NCBI GenBank assembly: GCA_951406725.2
Contig: OX597833.1
Location: 46,438,001-46,502,000 of the forward strand
Direction: 5' to 3'
DNA length: 64,000 nucleotides
DNA from: Octopus vulgaris
Taxonomy: Eukaryota
The notes under the pieces are model-generated. The model was not told the DNA's origin and did no database searches. It was given only the letters and a program-made list of their open reading frames with translations. This document shows, piece after piece, positions 40,244 through 52,915 of the stretch (position 1 is the stretch's first letter; each line of letters begins with the position of its first letter). The position numbers were made by a program, and so were the translations under genes.

Positions 40244-41029
40244 CTTGTTAAATTTCTTCCAGCCTCTTCATATTTTTAAAATTTTCACCAGATTATTTTG
40301 GAAACAAAAATGAAGTTCTAATATAATGTAAAGTATAGAAGCCATCTTATCATGGCTAACCACATTGGGGAGGGGGTATTACTGTAGCTTTATAGCCCCA
40401 AGAGATGTTCGTTTCTAGCTGGCTTTAGACACAATATCAGTGTCCTTGGACGAAGACGAAGATCTCTTGGGGCTATAAAGCTACAGTAACACCCCCTCCC
40501 CAATGTGGTTAGCCATGATAAGATGGCTTCTATACTTTACATTATCGAGCGATTACTGTTTCAATCTCATTCTGAGATTTAATTATGCTGAGTTCTAATA
40601 TAGTTTCAACGAAAATCGCATTCACTCTTTCTAAATAATAATGAAATAGTTACAAGTATCTAAAACTATGTAATTCTAGTCAATCGACGCCTCGATTACC
40701 AAATATACCAGAAGGTGTGACAGTTTGTTTCTATGGGAGCGGCACACGCGAAACCTTTACTTGATCTCACGATTTGCTAGAAATCGCAACCCAAGGGAAA
40801 AAACAGTGACGACTTCCGGTATATTCAGCAGTCAAGGCTTCGATTGGCTAAAACTCGTACATACTTGAAAACTGTTTTATTTATTAAGTTTTAGAAAAAG
40901 AGAAAGCGACTTTTCGTTATCAGCATGCGCAAACACATCATAACTACATTTTTTTCTGAATAAAATAATCTGGTGAAAAACTTGGAGTTGCTGGAAAAAA
41001 TTTAACAAGTTCCAAAGACCTTGATAAAA
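40244..41029. mobile_element. Old MITE with ~70-bp imperfect TIRs, host of the 40322 insertion
   Basis: CTTGTTAAATTTCTTCCAGC...TTTTCACCAGATTATTTT versus AAAATAATCTGGTGAAAA...GCTGGAAAAAATTTAACAAG. Confidence 0.65.
40322..40590. mobile_element. Truncated, inverted third member of the 360-nt family
   Basis: Arms 40322-40406 and 40462-40546. 12-bp TSD AGTTCTAATATA at 40314-40325 and 40591-40602. Confidence 0.8.
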
Positions 41030-41175
41030 TAAATACAAAACTTATAAAGTTTATCTCTAAATATTTATAGAAAATCTCTAGGGATCAGCTTAAAGTGAGA
41101 ACATCGCACTGCTAACACAAAAGGCGTAATATTGACTTTTAAAACTTTAATAACTTAATAGTATATATATATATA

Positions 41176-41448
41176 TATAACATACATATAAGAGGGATGA
41201 CCACTACGTGGACATCCATTATGCTAGGAGTAGATCCGCTATGATGTTACCACTAAGAAAGGAATGTTCTCAAGAAAATTTAGCAAACGCCAGAACTTCA
41301 AGCATAATGGATATCCACGTAGTGGTCATCTCTCTTATATGTATGTAATATAATTATTCTGAATCTTCAGATTTTAATATGCTAGACCACTGGTTTTAAA
41401 TTGATATTAATCAAATTAATATTCAATTTTTCACCCTTACTAATTTAA

Positions 41449-41450
<2 letters not shown>
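41176..41450. mobile_element. Family B fragment with ~50-bp inverted arms, within (TA)n
   Basis: Arms 41176-41225 and 41301-41350. Confidence 0.7.
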
Positions 41451-41478
<28 letters not shown>

Positions 41479-41479
<1 letters not shown>

Positions 41480-41674
41480 GGAAGAGTTTACGAAAAAAAC
41501 AAAAGAGGAAGACAGGTGGTGTACATAACAAACAGATGTATTAGTATAACACTCAGGAATAGAAAAAGTATTTTACATTTCGAGCCTACGCTCTTCTACA
41601 GAAAATGACACAGAAAAAACAAGGAGAGAAACAAAGAGAGAAAAAAATGTGTGTAGTGGCTAACGATCGATCAT
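41479..41674 (-). mobile_element. Family A element (CTGTAGA core)
   Basis: Minus strand: TTT-CTGTAGA-A-GAGC-gtag-GCTC-GAAAT-GTA-AAA. Confidence 0.7.
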
Positions 41675-41675
41675 A

Positions 41676-41739
<64 letters not shown>

Positions 41740-41741
<2 letters not shown>

Positions 41742-42049
41742 AAATGAGGTAATCAGAAGATCGGATGGTTCATATTTACAGATACTTATTTATATATTAC
41801 ATTTTTTACATATATATCATATCATTCAGATCATTAGCGCTTTCTCCCATTCTAGTGGGGTTTTCAAATCAAAAAATTTTTTGATTTGAAAACCCCACTA
41901 GAATGGGAGAAAGCGCTAATGATCTGAATGATATGATATATATGTAAAAAATGTAATATATAAATAAATATCTGTAAATATGAACCATCCGATCTTCTGA
42001 TTACCTCATTTCTTCTAATAAATAATACCTGTACATCATCTCCAAACCT

Positions 42050-42054
<5 letters not shown>
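41740..42054. mobile_element. Loopless 274-bp palindrome of a PLE-type terminus with HHR-like motif in each arm, plus ~40-nt extra tail
   Basis: Arms 41740-41876 and 41877-42013. TTGAAAA-C-CCCA-ctagaa-TGGG-A-GAAA-GCGC-TA at 41886-41918. Confidence 0.75.
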
Positions 42055-42095
<41 letters not shown>

Positions 42096-42148
42096 GGTTG
42101 CAGATCGAAATACTGTGACCTTGCTAACGTCTTTTTGTTCGACTAAAG

Positions 42149-42443
42149 CAGTGGTTCCCAAAATTGGCGGTACTGCCCCTCTAAGGCGGTGGAAAGATCC
42201 AAGGGGGGCGCTGAAGAAAACTGGGGTCGATAATGGGGTGACCAAAAGTGACAAAAATGTAAAAGTGACAAAGTATTGAATTAATTAGGTTAAGTTTTTT
42301 TTGTGAAAAACAGTTGTTTTGAATTTGATGCAGAATTTTGAATTCGATTGTCTATGTGTGTGGTGGTGAGTGAAGGAGGTGACACTAGGAATGTGGCCCC
42401 GGTGCTAAGGTGACAGCAACACGAAATAGTTTGGGAATCACTG
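42149..42443. mobile_element. hAT-like MITE inserted in a SINE family 2 tail
   Basis: TIRs CAGTGGTTCCCAAA / TTTGGGAATCACTG. 8-bp TSD (G/A)ACTAAAG. Confidence 0.85.
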
Positions 42444-42702
42444 AACTAAAGCTTATCAAAGCTGTGCCCCAGCATGACCATAGTTCAATCACTGAAACAA
42501 ATAAAAACAAAACAAAAGAGATAGTTAAATGTATGAAACATTCATTCATTCATTTACGCATGCTCTTGCTTGCTGGGGTTGGGGTCATCTCCCAGGTTAA
42601 TGGTCCCAGAGGTGTCATCGTGCGTAGAGCCGTCCAGATCCACCAGTGCCATCATACACACACACACACATACACACATACACACACACACACACACACA
42701 CA

Positions 42703-42771
<69 letters not shown>

Positions 42772-42773
<2 letters not shown>

Positions 42774-42971
42774 GCTTTATGAAAATAGACAAAAGACGAA
42801 GGCAGATGGAGTACAAACAAACAATTGTATTAGTATGGCGCTCAGGAATATAAATAAAACAAGGCTTTTACGTTTCGAGCCTACGCTCTTCAACAGAAAG
42901 ATACACAGAAAAGAAACACAGAAAGAGACAAGGAGAGAAAAAAAATGCGTGCAGAGGCTAGTGAATCAACA

Positions 42972-42972
<1 letters not shown>
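42772..42972 (-). mobile_element. Family A element (CTGTTGA core)
   Basis: Minus strand: CTTT-CTGTTGA-A-GAGC-gtag-GCTC-GAAAC-GTA-AAAG. Confidence 0.75.
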
Positions 42973-43038
<66 letters not shown>

Positions 43039-43043
<5 letters not shown>

Positions 43044-43228
43044 ATCCAAACATGAAAACACAAAGAGAGAACACAACAACGCGAGGACGTGGAACAAATA
43101 TAGTATTATTGGACGCTCAGGAAGGAAGAGAAGAAGGAGGGTTTAACGTTTCGAGCGGAGCTCTTCGTCGGAAACATAGGAGAAGGAAAGATCAAGAGAA
43201 GGGAAGACAGAGGAAAAAAATCGCCAAC

Positions 43229-43230
<2 letters not shown>
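43039..43230 (-). mobile_element. Family A element (CCGACGA core)
   Basis: Minus strand: GTTT-CCGACGA-A-GAGC-tcc-GCTC-GAAAC-GTT-AAAC. Confidence 0.75.
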
Positions 43231-43288
<58 letters not shown>

Positions 43289-43323
43289 GAGAGAGAGAGA
43301 GAGAGAGAGACCAGCAGACAGAA

Positions 43324-43354
<31 letters not shown>

Positions 43355-43411
43355 AAGACATACACACACACGCACGCACGCACATGCGAACACACACACA
43401 CACACACACAC

Positions 43412-43602
43412 AGCATCGCTGACGGCCCTGTGCCAGCGCCTCTACATTCTCCAGGATGGCGTCGAACTTTTGGAGATCTTCGTTAATGACGTCCAACCAT
43501 CTAGTGCGAGGCCCTGCCGCGAGGTTTCCTCCGAGCCGCAGCTGCTGCGTCGAACGAGACTAAGGCCCAGGTAGGACGATCTGGCGGGAGGCGGAGGACA
43601 TA
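43412..43602 (-). mobile_element. RTE-clade LINE C-terminal fragment
   Basis: VLRLPPDRP...RKPRGR...PRTRWLDVINEDLQKF...ALAQGRQR. Confidence 0.75.
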
Positions 43603-44452
43603 CTAAACGAGATTACAAATACGAGTGGTCCGAAATATATAGAAATGTTGACACACATTATGAACAAAAAAACTCGTTTCTATCCAGTCTTTAACTCTTT
43701 CGTTATTATTTAGTGACAAATATTTTTTCAGCTTATATCATGAAACTTATCCCTCCCTGCCTTTGTTGGTCTATAAATATAAGAACGAGTTGGTGGTTGC
43801 AATGGTAGAGGGGGCGTTTTTGTCATTATTGTCTTTGATAAATCGTATCAAGGCGGAAAGTGTCTTCATCTTCACGCTAGTATGTATACCACCATTTTCT
43901 TTGGTAGTATTTTGTCTCATTTTTTTCTTTCCCTCATTTTCATTTTCAGACTCTAGTGTGAACTGGTGCCAACTACTTTCTGTGTCAAAATATCAAAATA
44001 TTTATAGTATTGACTATTCTTCCAATGTATATAGTTTTTTTTATTTTATTTATTATTATTTTTTCTTTCTTTTTTGACCAAGATTTCTTCTATGTCTGCT
44101 GTTGATATATTCAGAGTGCCGACAACAGCAGCAACAACAAAATCTGGGTGACTTAGAGACAATGCAGTCGATTGTCTCTTTGCAGTCGCCACAAAGTCTG
44201 TTGCCATTTATCATGGTGTTACCTTATGAAGCTGTTTTTCGTAAGTAGACGGGAACTAGGCTTTCCAACGAGCAAATCATGAAGTGTCTAAGCGAGCACG
44301 CTTCCTACCAAAGATAGCAACCAAATCTATATCAAATAGTACCCAACGGTCTTTAATAAGGAGGGACACTTTACATAATGTAATTCTAAATCCATTATAC
44401 TGGTGAGAGGAATGGTGTAAGATTGACAAAACTAGAATGTTTTTGACAAGGT

Positions 44453-44683
44453 CGCGAGCTGGCAGAAACGTTAGCATACCGGGCGAAATGCTTAGCGGTA
44501 TTTCGTCTGCGGTTACGTTCTGAGTTCAAATTCCGCCGAGGTCAACTTTGCTTTTCATCCTTTCGGGGTCGATAAATTAGGTACCAGTTACGCACTGGGG
44601 TCGATATAATCGACTTAGTTCCTTTGTCTGTCCTTGTTTGTCCCCTCTATGTTTAGCCCCCCCTTGTGGGTAATAAAGAAATA
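44453..44683 (+). mobile_element. SINE family 1, full length
   Basis: AAAACTAGAATG duplicated on both flanks. Confidence 0.9.
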
Positions 44684-44927
44684 AAACTAGAATGCTCTTG
44701 ACCATATTATCTGCTTGCAATAGCAGCCAAATTTCCCTCAAATTACATCTTTACTACCACCAATATAATCGGAAGGAGGGTGTATGATATCTTTGTCTTC
44801 AACCTGCAACTAACGAGATGCGTTCCACTACGCCGTGCCTTGTTTTATTCGATCCCATGCAACTTAAAGTCTCGTAGGCTCTTCACAAGAACCTAACTCG
44901 TGTGTGTGTGTGAGAGAAGAAGTTTTC

Positions 44928-45057
44928 TTACCAACTATATCGATCCTGGTTCAGTCCCACTGCGTGACACCTTGTGCAAGTGACTTCTAGTACAGGCTCG
45001 AGCTGACCAAAGTCTTGAAAGTGGATTTGGTAGATGGAAACTGAAAGAAGCCTGTCG

Positions 45058-45100
<43 letters not shown>

Positions 45101-45312
45101 ATGAGTCTTTCTGTCCGCGGTGTCTACCCTCCGCCGCATGCCGCTTTACTACCGGTGTTGGTGTGTTTACGTCCACGTTTCTTAGCGGTTGGGCAAAAAC
45201 GACCGATAGAATAAGTACTAGGTCTTGGAGTCGATTTGTTCGACTAAAACCATTCAAGGCTGTGCTCCAGCATGGCCGCAGTCAACTGACTGAAACAAAA
45301 TAAACAGTAAAA
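44928..45312 (+). mobile_element. SINE family 2
   Basis: Homology to other copies. Confidence 0.85.
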
Positions 45313-45923
45313 GGATACAATATAAGATGCCAACGTACTCGATATTTTTTTCTTGTTAGTGTTTCTACTACTGCTGCTACTACTATTACTACTACTACTA
45401 CTACTTCTACTACTACTACTACTACTACAACCGCCATCACCCTCATCTCCTCCATCATCACCATCGTCAATGCCAGCAACAATTAACACAGTTTATCTTT
45501 TCACCTCGTCGAATTCTAAATTAATCTAGGTTATCAAACGGTGCTATTTATTTTACTAACAAATATTCACATAGGATATCAAAAGCTATATATATATATT
45601 TTCTGGCATAGAAGACAAACACACACATACACATACACAGACACGTAAACACGTGAATACACACATACACACACACGTAAACACACACGTAAACACGGGA
45701 ATACACACATACGCATACACACACGTGAACATATAAGCATTTATAATGAAGGCGAATATTATTAGCATTCATACAGTTTTCAAGGCAAACATAAAGCTTC
45801 AGATACGTACAAAAACAGTTATACGTATATAAACTTATGAGAACGCGTTATAGGGACTCACACACTCGCACACGCACACACAAGCATATACACTCACACA
45901 TGCACAAACACACACACACGTAC

Positions 45924-45962
<39 letters not shown>

Positions 45963-45972
45963 AGAAATCAGT

Positions 45973-46038
<66 letters not shown>

Positions 46039-46081
46039 TATATACAGGTTCATTAAAGTCTGAAGGTTATATCAAATGTAT

Positions 46082-46138
<57 letters not shown>

Positions 46139-46173
46139 CAGTCAGACACACAGACAGACACACAGACAAACAC

Positions 46174-46270
<97 letters not shown>

Positions 46271-46416
46271 CAGTCAGACACACAGACAGACACACAGACA
46301 AACACACACACACACAGACAGACAGACAGACAGACAGACAGGCAGGCGGACAGACAGGCAGGCAGGCAGGCAGGCAGGCAGACAGGCAGGCAGACAGACA
46401 GACAGACAGACAGACG

Positions 46417-46483
<67 letters not shown>

Positions 46484-46918
46484 TGATAGATTGATAGATA
46501 TGCATATCGCCATACATACAAATCATCCATCTGTATGTGTGTGTGCTTGCATGAGTGTGTGTGTGTGAGTGTGTGCGCGCGGGTATGATCGTGTGAATGT
46601 ATGCAGAATTTATAAACGCATAAATTTACTTGCATATTTCCTTAAGTTTCAATATGTACACGAGTATATATGTAATATATGTGTATAAGTTTGAGCTTCC
46701 ATGTAAACGCTTGTTTGTGTGTAATTATGTATTACAGTGTGTGTGTGTGTGTGTGTTTGTGTGTGAATAATTAAAGGATCCATACCAAAGAGTAAAAAAT
46801 AGATTGAGATATACAACAGGAATATTTCGGTTGGCAAATAATTAACACCGTTTGATAACCAACATTTCCTTGGAATTTGACGTGGTAAACTCGAGAGTAT
46901 ATTTATATATATATTTGA

Positions 46919-46995
<77 letters not shown>

Positions 46996-47030
46996 CGTGT
47001 GCGCATGTATGTGTGAATATATATATATAT

Positions 47031-47276
47031 AAAATTACAATTTAGGGTATCTAAGAGATACTACCACGCTGAAAATAGCAGTCAAAACTTGGCTCTAGAA
47101 CCACATAAAATGTTCATATAAATGTTCCTAGTGCTATATGAACATTTAATGTGGTTTTAGAGTCAAGTTTTGACTGCTATTTTCAGCGTGGTGGTATCGC
47201 TTAGATACCCTAAATTATAATTTTAGATAATTTTTTTACCTTTGAAAGGTTTTTTATTCCCATGCTGGCCACCTGA
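47031..47276. mobile_element. Family B fragment with ~90-bp inverted arms, within (TA)n
   Basis: Arms 47031-47120 and 47135-47224. Contains GCTGAAAATAGCAGTCAA. Confidence 0.7.
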
Positions 47277-47305
47277 TATATATATATATACATATATATA
47301 TATAC

Positions 47306-47390
<85 letters not shown>

Positions 47391-47404
47391 TCATATATAT
47401 ATTG

Positions 47405-47829
47405 ACGCAGGTGTAGATGTGTGGTAAGAAGGTTGCTTCCGAACCATATGACTCTGGGTTCAGTCCTCAGCCTCGGGCCGACCAAAGCATTGTCAGTGGA
47501 TTTGGTAGGGGGAAACTGAAACACACGTCGTGTGTGTGTGTATGTGTGTGTGTGTGTGTGTGTGTATGTGTGTGTGTGTGCGTGAGTGTGTGCGTGTGTG
47601 TGTGTGCGTGAGTGTGTGCGTGTGTGTGTGTGTGTCTATGTTTGTCCCACCATCACCGCTTGGCAATCGGCGTTGTTGTATTTGCGTCCCCGTAATTTAG
47701 AGGCCGATAGAATAAGTACTAGGCTTAAAAAAACATAAGGCCTTGGGTCGATTTGTTCGACTACAACCATTCAAGGGGGTGCCCCAGCATGGTCACAGTG
47801 AAATGATTAAAACAAGTAAAACATAAAAG
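47405..47829 (+). mobile_element. SINE family 2 (internally deleted)
   Basis: Homology to other copies. Confidence 0.8.
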
Positions 47830-47871
47830 ATATATAAGTATGTGTGTGTGTGTGTATTTATACATACATGC

Positions 47872-47938
<67 letters not shown>

Positions 47939-47942
<4 letters not shown>

Positions 47943-48168
47943 CTTTATTACCCACAAGGGGCTAAACATAGAGGAGACAAACAAGGACAGACAAACAGAT
48001 TAAGTCGATTATATCGACCCCAGTGCGTAACTGGTACTTAATTTATCGACCCCGAAAGGATGAAAGGCAAAGTCGACCTCGGCGGAATTTGAACTCAGAA
48101 CGTAACGGCAGACGAAATACGGCTACGCATTTCGCCCGGCGTACTAACGGTTCTGCCAGCTCGCCGCC
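47939..48168 (-). mobile_element. SINE family 1, full length
   Basis: Complete head, core and tail. Confidence 0.92.
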
Positions 48169-48926
48169 TAAGCCAGTGAGTTCAATAATCGGGACACCTG
48201 GGTCGTTAAATCTACAACCGCACTTTCATTTAGGAAGTAGCTACTATTTTGTCAAATTGAGTCGTGACGTCGGCAAAAATCTAGCCAATAAAATTCAATG
48301 AAATCAACTTCTGGATATTCGAGTCGCAAGAAATCTGCCCAATCAGATTTGATTTGGAGAGTATATGAAAAAAGAAGCTAGATCTGAAGACAAGAAGGCA
48401 ACTGACAGACAAGAGAGAACAGTGAACCGAACGCGATGGCATAATTTTGACCTGAGACAACGCAACATAAGCCTTACCAAACATGACATTTAGTGACACG
48501 TGATTGAAACGAGAACATCTTAACCGCGTGCACGTTGTGTTGGAGGGAGAGAGAGAGGAAGAGAGGGAGAAAATCAGTTACAAAGAAACTTCTGTGAAAA
48601 TGCTCCGTTTAGACGAATTAAGATGTGCTTTGTGCAGTACCCGTGTATTCCATTTTGCTATAAATATATACATATACACGCATACATACATACATACATA
48701 CATACATACATACATACATACATACAAATACACATACACACGCGCAGGCACACGCATACACTCACACATGCACACTACGAGGGTGTATGAAAAGTCTTGA
48801 GCCTCAAAAACAAACAAAACATAGTACAAGACTTCAAGGCTCAAAACTTTTCATACACACCTTGTATATAGTTATATATTCAGATATACACAGATATACA
48901 TATATATATATACACACGCACACACG

Positions 48927-49023
<97 letters not shown>

Positions 49024-49029
49024 TGCAAT

Positions 49030-49219
49030 TTCTACTCTTCTCCTCTGGAAGCCATCTACTCGCGATTACCAGAGGGCGCACACTCTCCTACCCTGATGTA
49101 ATCACCAGGGATACAGGCGTCCAACAACAGGACCTCCGTAATGCTATAACGGATCGTGAAGTCTGGCGTAGCATGGTAAATTCCATTGTCTCGACCACGG
49201 TCGAACAATGATGATGATA
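49030..49219 (+). mobile_element. RTE-type LINE 3' end with (TGA)n tail
   Basis: RGRTLSYPDVITRDTG...DLRNAITDREVWRSMV. Confidence 0.8.
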
Positions 49220-49519
49220 TCTTTATATATAAAAGTGAAGTTGTGTGTCTGTCTACTCCGATTTAAATTCCTAACTACTCCTACATTTTGCGGTGCAGTT
49301 TAACCAAAAGCGGGTATCTTATAGTCGTGATTCATATCGAGCCCTTCTGGGTATTAGCGCGCGTCTACGATGAGTCTACGATTAAAAAAAAAAATTACCA
49401 TCATTTTACCGCATTATTAATGCATTTTTGCTCGGTTTATATAAGGGAAGTAACTTTCTAAAAATGCTTATATAGTTATTTCCCTTACAAACCCGAGCAA
49501 CGCCGGGCGATACTGCTAG
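49220..49519 (+). mobile_element. Non-autonomous Helitron
   Basis: A|TC start, CCCGAGCAACGCCGGG hairpin, CTAG|T end. 3' part shared with 24359-24744. Confidence 0.85.
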
Positions 49520-49755
49520 TATATATATAAAATATATGTATGTATTGTAATAAAGCAGCCAAATAAAAAGAAATAATTTGGAGATTATAATCAAAGTTAT
49601 AACTTTTGGAATACACACACACACGCACACACATACACACTAACACGAACACGCACACATATATACATAGATAGTATGACCTTTTAAAAAGAGATGATGC
49701 CGTTGGTAGAAAAGTTTACGACCAATCCCTCTTCACTTCAAAGATTATGTCGATA

Positions 49756-49801
<46 letters not shown>

Positions 49802-50034
49802 TGTGTGTTTTTGTGCGTGCGTGCCCCTGTGTGTGTGTGAATATGTAGGTTTGTCATATTTGAAGATTTTCATTGCTTTTCTCTTGAGAGTAATTCCAGA
49901 TTTTGCGTTATTCCTTCTGTGTTTAAAACTATTACATTGCAAGTATTACATCACCATTTTGTTCTGTTGCATCGTCTTTCGGAGTAAAAAATTGGTCAGC
50001 ATGGTTGTTACTGTTGTTTGTTTGTTTGTAGAGC

Positions 50035-50378
50035 GAAGCGGTCTTCGTCCTAGAAATCCGAAACGTGGTCCTTTGCTATTCGTAAGACCCGCAGAGGAGA
50101 AAGCAGGTCAACCCCCGACACCTAGAGCATCGACGGATGGATGAATGCGCATCAAGGCTCAGCGGTTGCGTAGGAAATCGGGGACAAGAAACAAGGAGAA
50201 AGAGTGAGAGAAAGTTGGAGCGATAGAGTACAAAAGGGGTCGCCACCACCCCCTGCCGGAGCCTCGTGGAGCTTTAGGTGTTTTTGCTCAATAAACACAC
50301 ACAACGCCCGGCCTGGGAATCGAAACCGCGATCCTCCGACCGAGAGTCCGCTGCCCTAACCATTGGGCCATTGCGCCT
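50035..50378 (-). mobile_element. SINE family 4
   Basis: tRNA-like head with A/B boxes. Confidence 0.85.
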
Positions 50379-50501
50379 GTACTTGCTGTTGTTGCAGTTG
50401 AGAGAGTTTGAAACATTGTCAGGTGATAAGTAATTTTTTTCAAGAAATTTTTCCTCAAATTTTTACCCTAATGTAATTGAGGTTGCTAATAAAATATCTG
50501 T

Positions 50502-50715
50502 GGAGGCGCAATGGCCCAGTGGTTAGGGCAGCATACTTGCGGTCGGAGGATTGCGGTTTCGATTCCCAGACCCCAGACCGGGCGTTGTGTGTGTTTATGG
50601 AGTGAAAACACCTAAAACGCTCCACGAGGCTCCGGGGGGGGGGGGCCTGTTGTACTCTTTCGCCACAACTTTCCCTCACTCTCTCTTCCTGTTTCTTGAG
50701 TAACGCTCTGCGATG
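50502..50715 (+). mobile_element. SINE family 4
   Basis: tRNA-like head with A/B boxes. Confidence 0.85.
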
Positions 50716-50794
50716 GAAGTAGAATTTGGCTAATTTACTACCTTAAATACAGAAAAAAAGTGACTAATTAGACAAACTTACAAATTAGCTGAAC

Positions 50795-51270
50795 AGGCGC
50801 AGGAGTGGCTGTGTGGTAAGTAGCTTGCTAACCAACCACATGGTTCCGGGTTCAGTCCCACTGCGTGGCATCTTGGGCAAGTGTCTTCTGCTATAGCCCC
50901 GGGCCGACCAATGCCTTGTGAGTGGATTTGGGAGACGGAAACTGAAAGAAGCCTGTCGTATATATGTATATATATATGTGTGTATGTGTGTGAGTGTTTG
51001 TGTATGTGTGTTTGTCCCCCTAGCATTGCTTGTGTATGTGTGTGAGTGTTTGTGTATGTGTGTTTGTCCCTCTAGCATTGCTTGACAACCGATGCTGGTG
51101 TGTTTACGTCCCTGTCACATTAGCGGTTCGGCAAAAAGAGACCGATAGAATAAGTACTGGGCTTACAAAGAATAAGTCCCGGGGTCGATTTGCTCGACTA
51201 AAGGTGGTGCTCCAGCATGGCCGCAGTCAAATGACTGAAACAAGTAAAAGAGTAAAAGAGTAAAAGAGAG
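50795..51270 (+). mobile_element. SINE family 2, full length with ~51-bp internal duplication
   Basis: Head to (GAGTAAAA)n tail. Confidence 0.92.
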
Positions 51271-52069
51271 TTTTATACAATAAATTTAAAAGATGAGAAC
51301 TGTAAAGAGTGATAAATTAGAACTGGCATTCTTTGCTGCAATATTTTAAGTAAAAAGTTTCTTATTCTTTACTAGAAGTAATAGCTTGTCCTGTACTTTT
51401 CCAGGTTTATAATCCTAAGAATATTACTTTTCATGCTCGCATTTTTCCATGTAATAACTATTTCTTTTAAATTTTTACTGCTGTGAAATTGTATCAGGAA
51501 AACCGCTGCGGGATGTTGAATGCCAGGGTCTTGATACTGCGCAATACTGCAGCAACTCACATGGTTCATGTACTAAAGACGTCTATTGGTGACTATGACT
51601 TTGAAGAGTAATCTCACTTAGTCTATTTCATGAGGTCTTGCTCCCTGTGAATTTCACCTGTTTTTAAAATTTGAAGCAACGTTGAAAGAGAAAGCAATTC
51701 TCCTGCGAGGAAGAACTGCAGGTGGGCTACAGCGAACAGTAGCTGGCTAAACCAAGACAAGCAGTTTTAGTTGAAAGACATTGAGCACCTGTGTGAGCGT
51801 TAAGAAAATTATTATGAAGTTACCTGTGATTGTGTTGAAAAATATTTAACGAAAAATAAATAAAGTTAAATAAATGCATTCTTTTCTTGCTGTCGTAAAT
51901 TTAAGTATAAAATACAGAAAAACTTTCGAACAGTTCTCGGATGAATGTTTGAATGTATATCTATGTGTGCGTGCTTGCGAGTGCGTTTGCGTACATGCGT
52001 GCGAGTGTGTATGCGTATGTGGTTGCGTGTGCGTGCGTGTACGTATGTATTTTGTATGCGTATGTACAT

Positions 52070-52233
52070 AGGTGCAGGAGTGGCTGTGTAGTAAGTAGCT
52101 TGCTTACCAACCACATGGTTCCGGGTTCAGTCCCACTGCGTGGCATCTGGGCAAGTGTCATGTACTATAGCCCTTGGGCCGACCAAAGCCTTGTGAATGG
52201 ATTTGGTAGACGGAAACTGAAAAAAGCTCGTCG

Positions 52234-52292
<59 letters not shown>

Positions 52293-52518
52293 TGTGTGTA
52301 TATATGTTTGTGTGTGTGTGTCCCCAACGTCGCTTGACGACCGATGCTGGTGTATTTGTTTACGTTCCCGTAGCATTAGCAGTTCGGCAAAAGAGACCGA
52401 TAGAATAAATACTAGGCTTACAAAGAATAAGGCCTGGGGTAGATTTACTCGAGTAAAGGCGGTGCTCCAGCATGGCCTCAGTCAAATGACTGAAACAAGT
52501 AAAAGAAAGAGTAAAGAG
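52070..52518 (+). mobile_element. SINE family 2, full length
   Basis: Homology to other copies. Confidence 0.92.
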
Positions 52519-52561
52519 TATGTATGTATGCATAAGTATATTTGAGTGTATAGATAGATAG

Positions 52562-52617
<56 letters not shown>

Positions 52618-52618
52618 G

Positions 52619-52661
<43 letters not shown>

Positions 52662-52728
52662 GGATAGATGGATTGATGGATAGATAGATAGATGGATAGA
52701 TGGATAGATGGATAGATGGATAGATGGG

Positions 52729-52760
<32 letters not shown>

Positions 52761-52766
52761 TAGATG

Positions 52767-52915
<149 letters not shown>

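Noticed and set aside
41191-41250. HDV-like ribozyme or SECIS reading of the family B motif
   Set aside because: I could not build P1/P1.1/P2 consistently across copies, and no AUGA/GA SECIS core is present.
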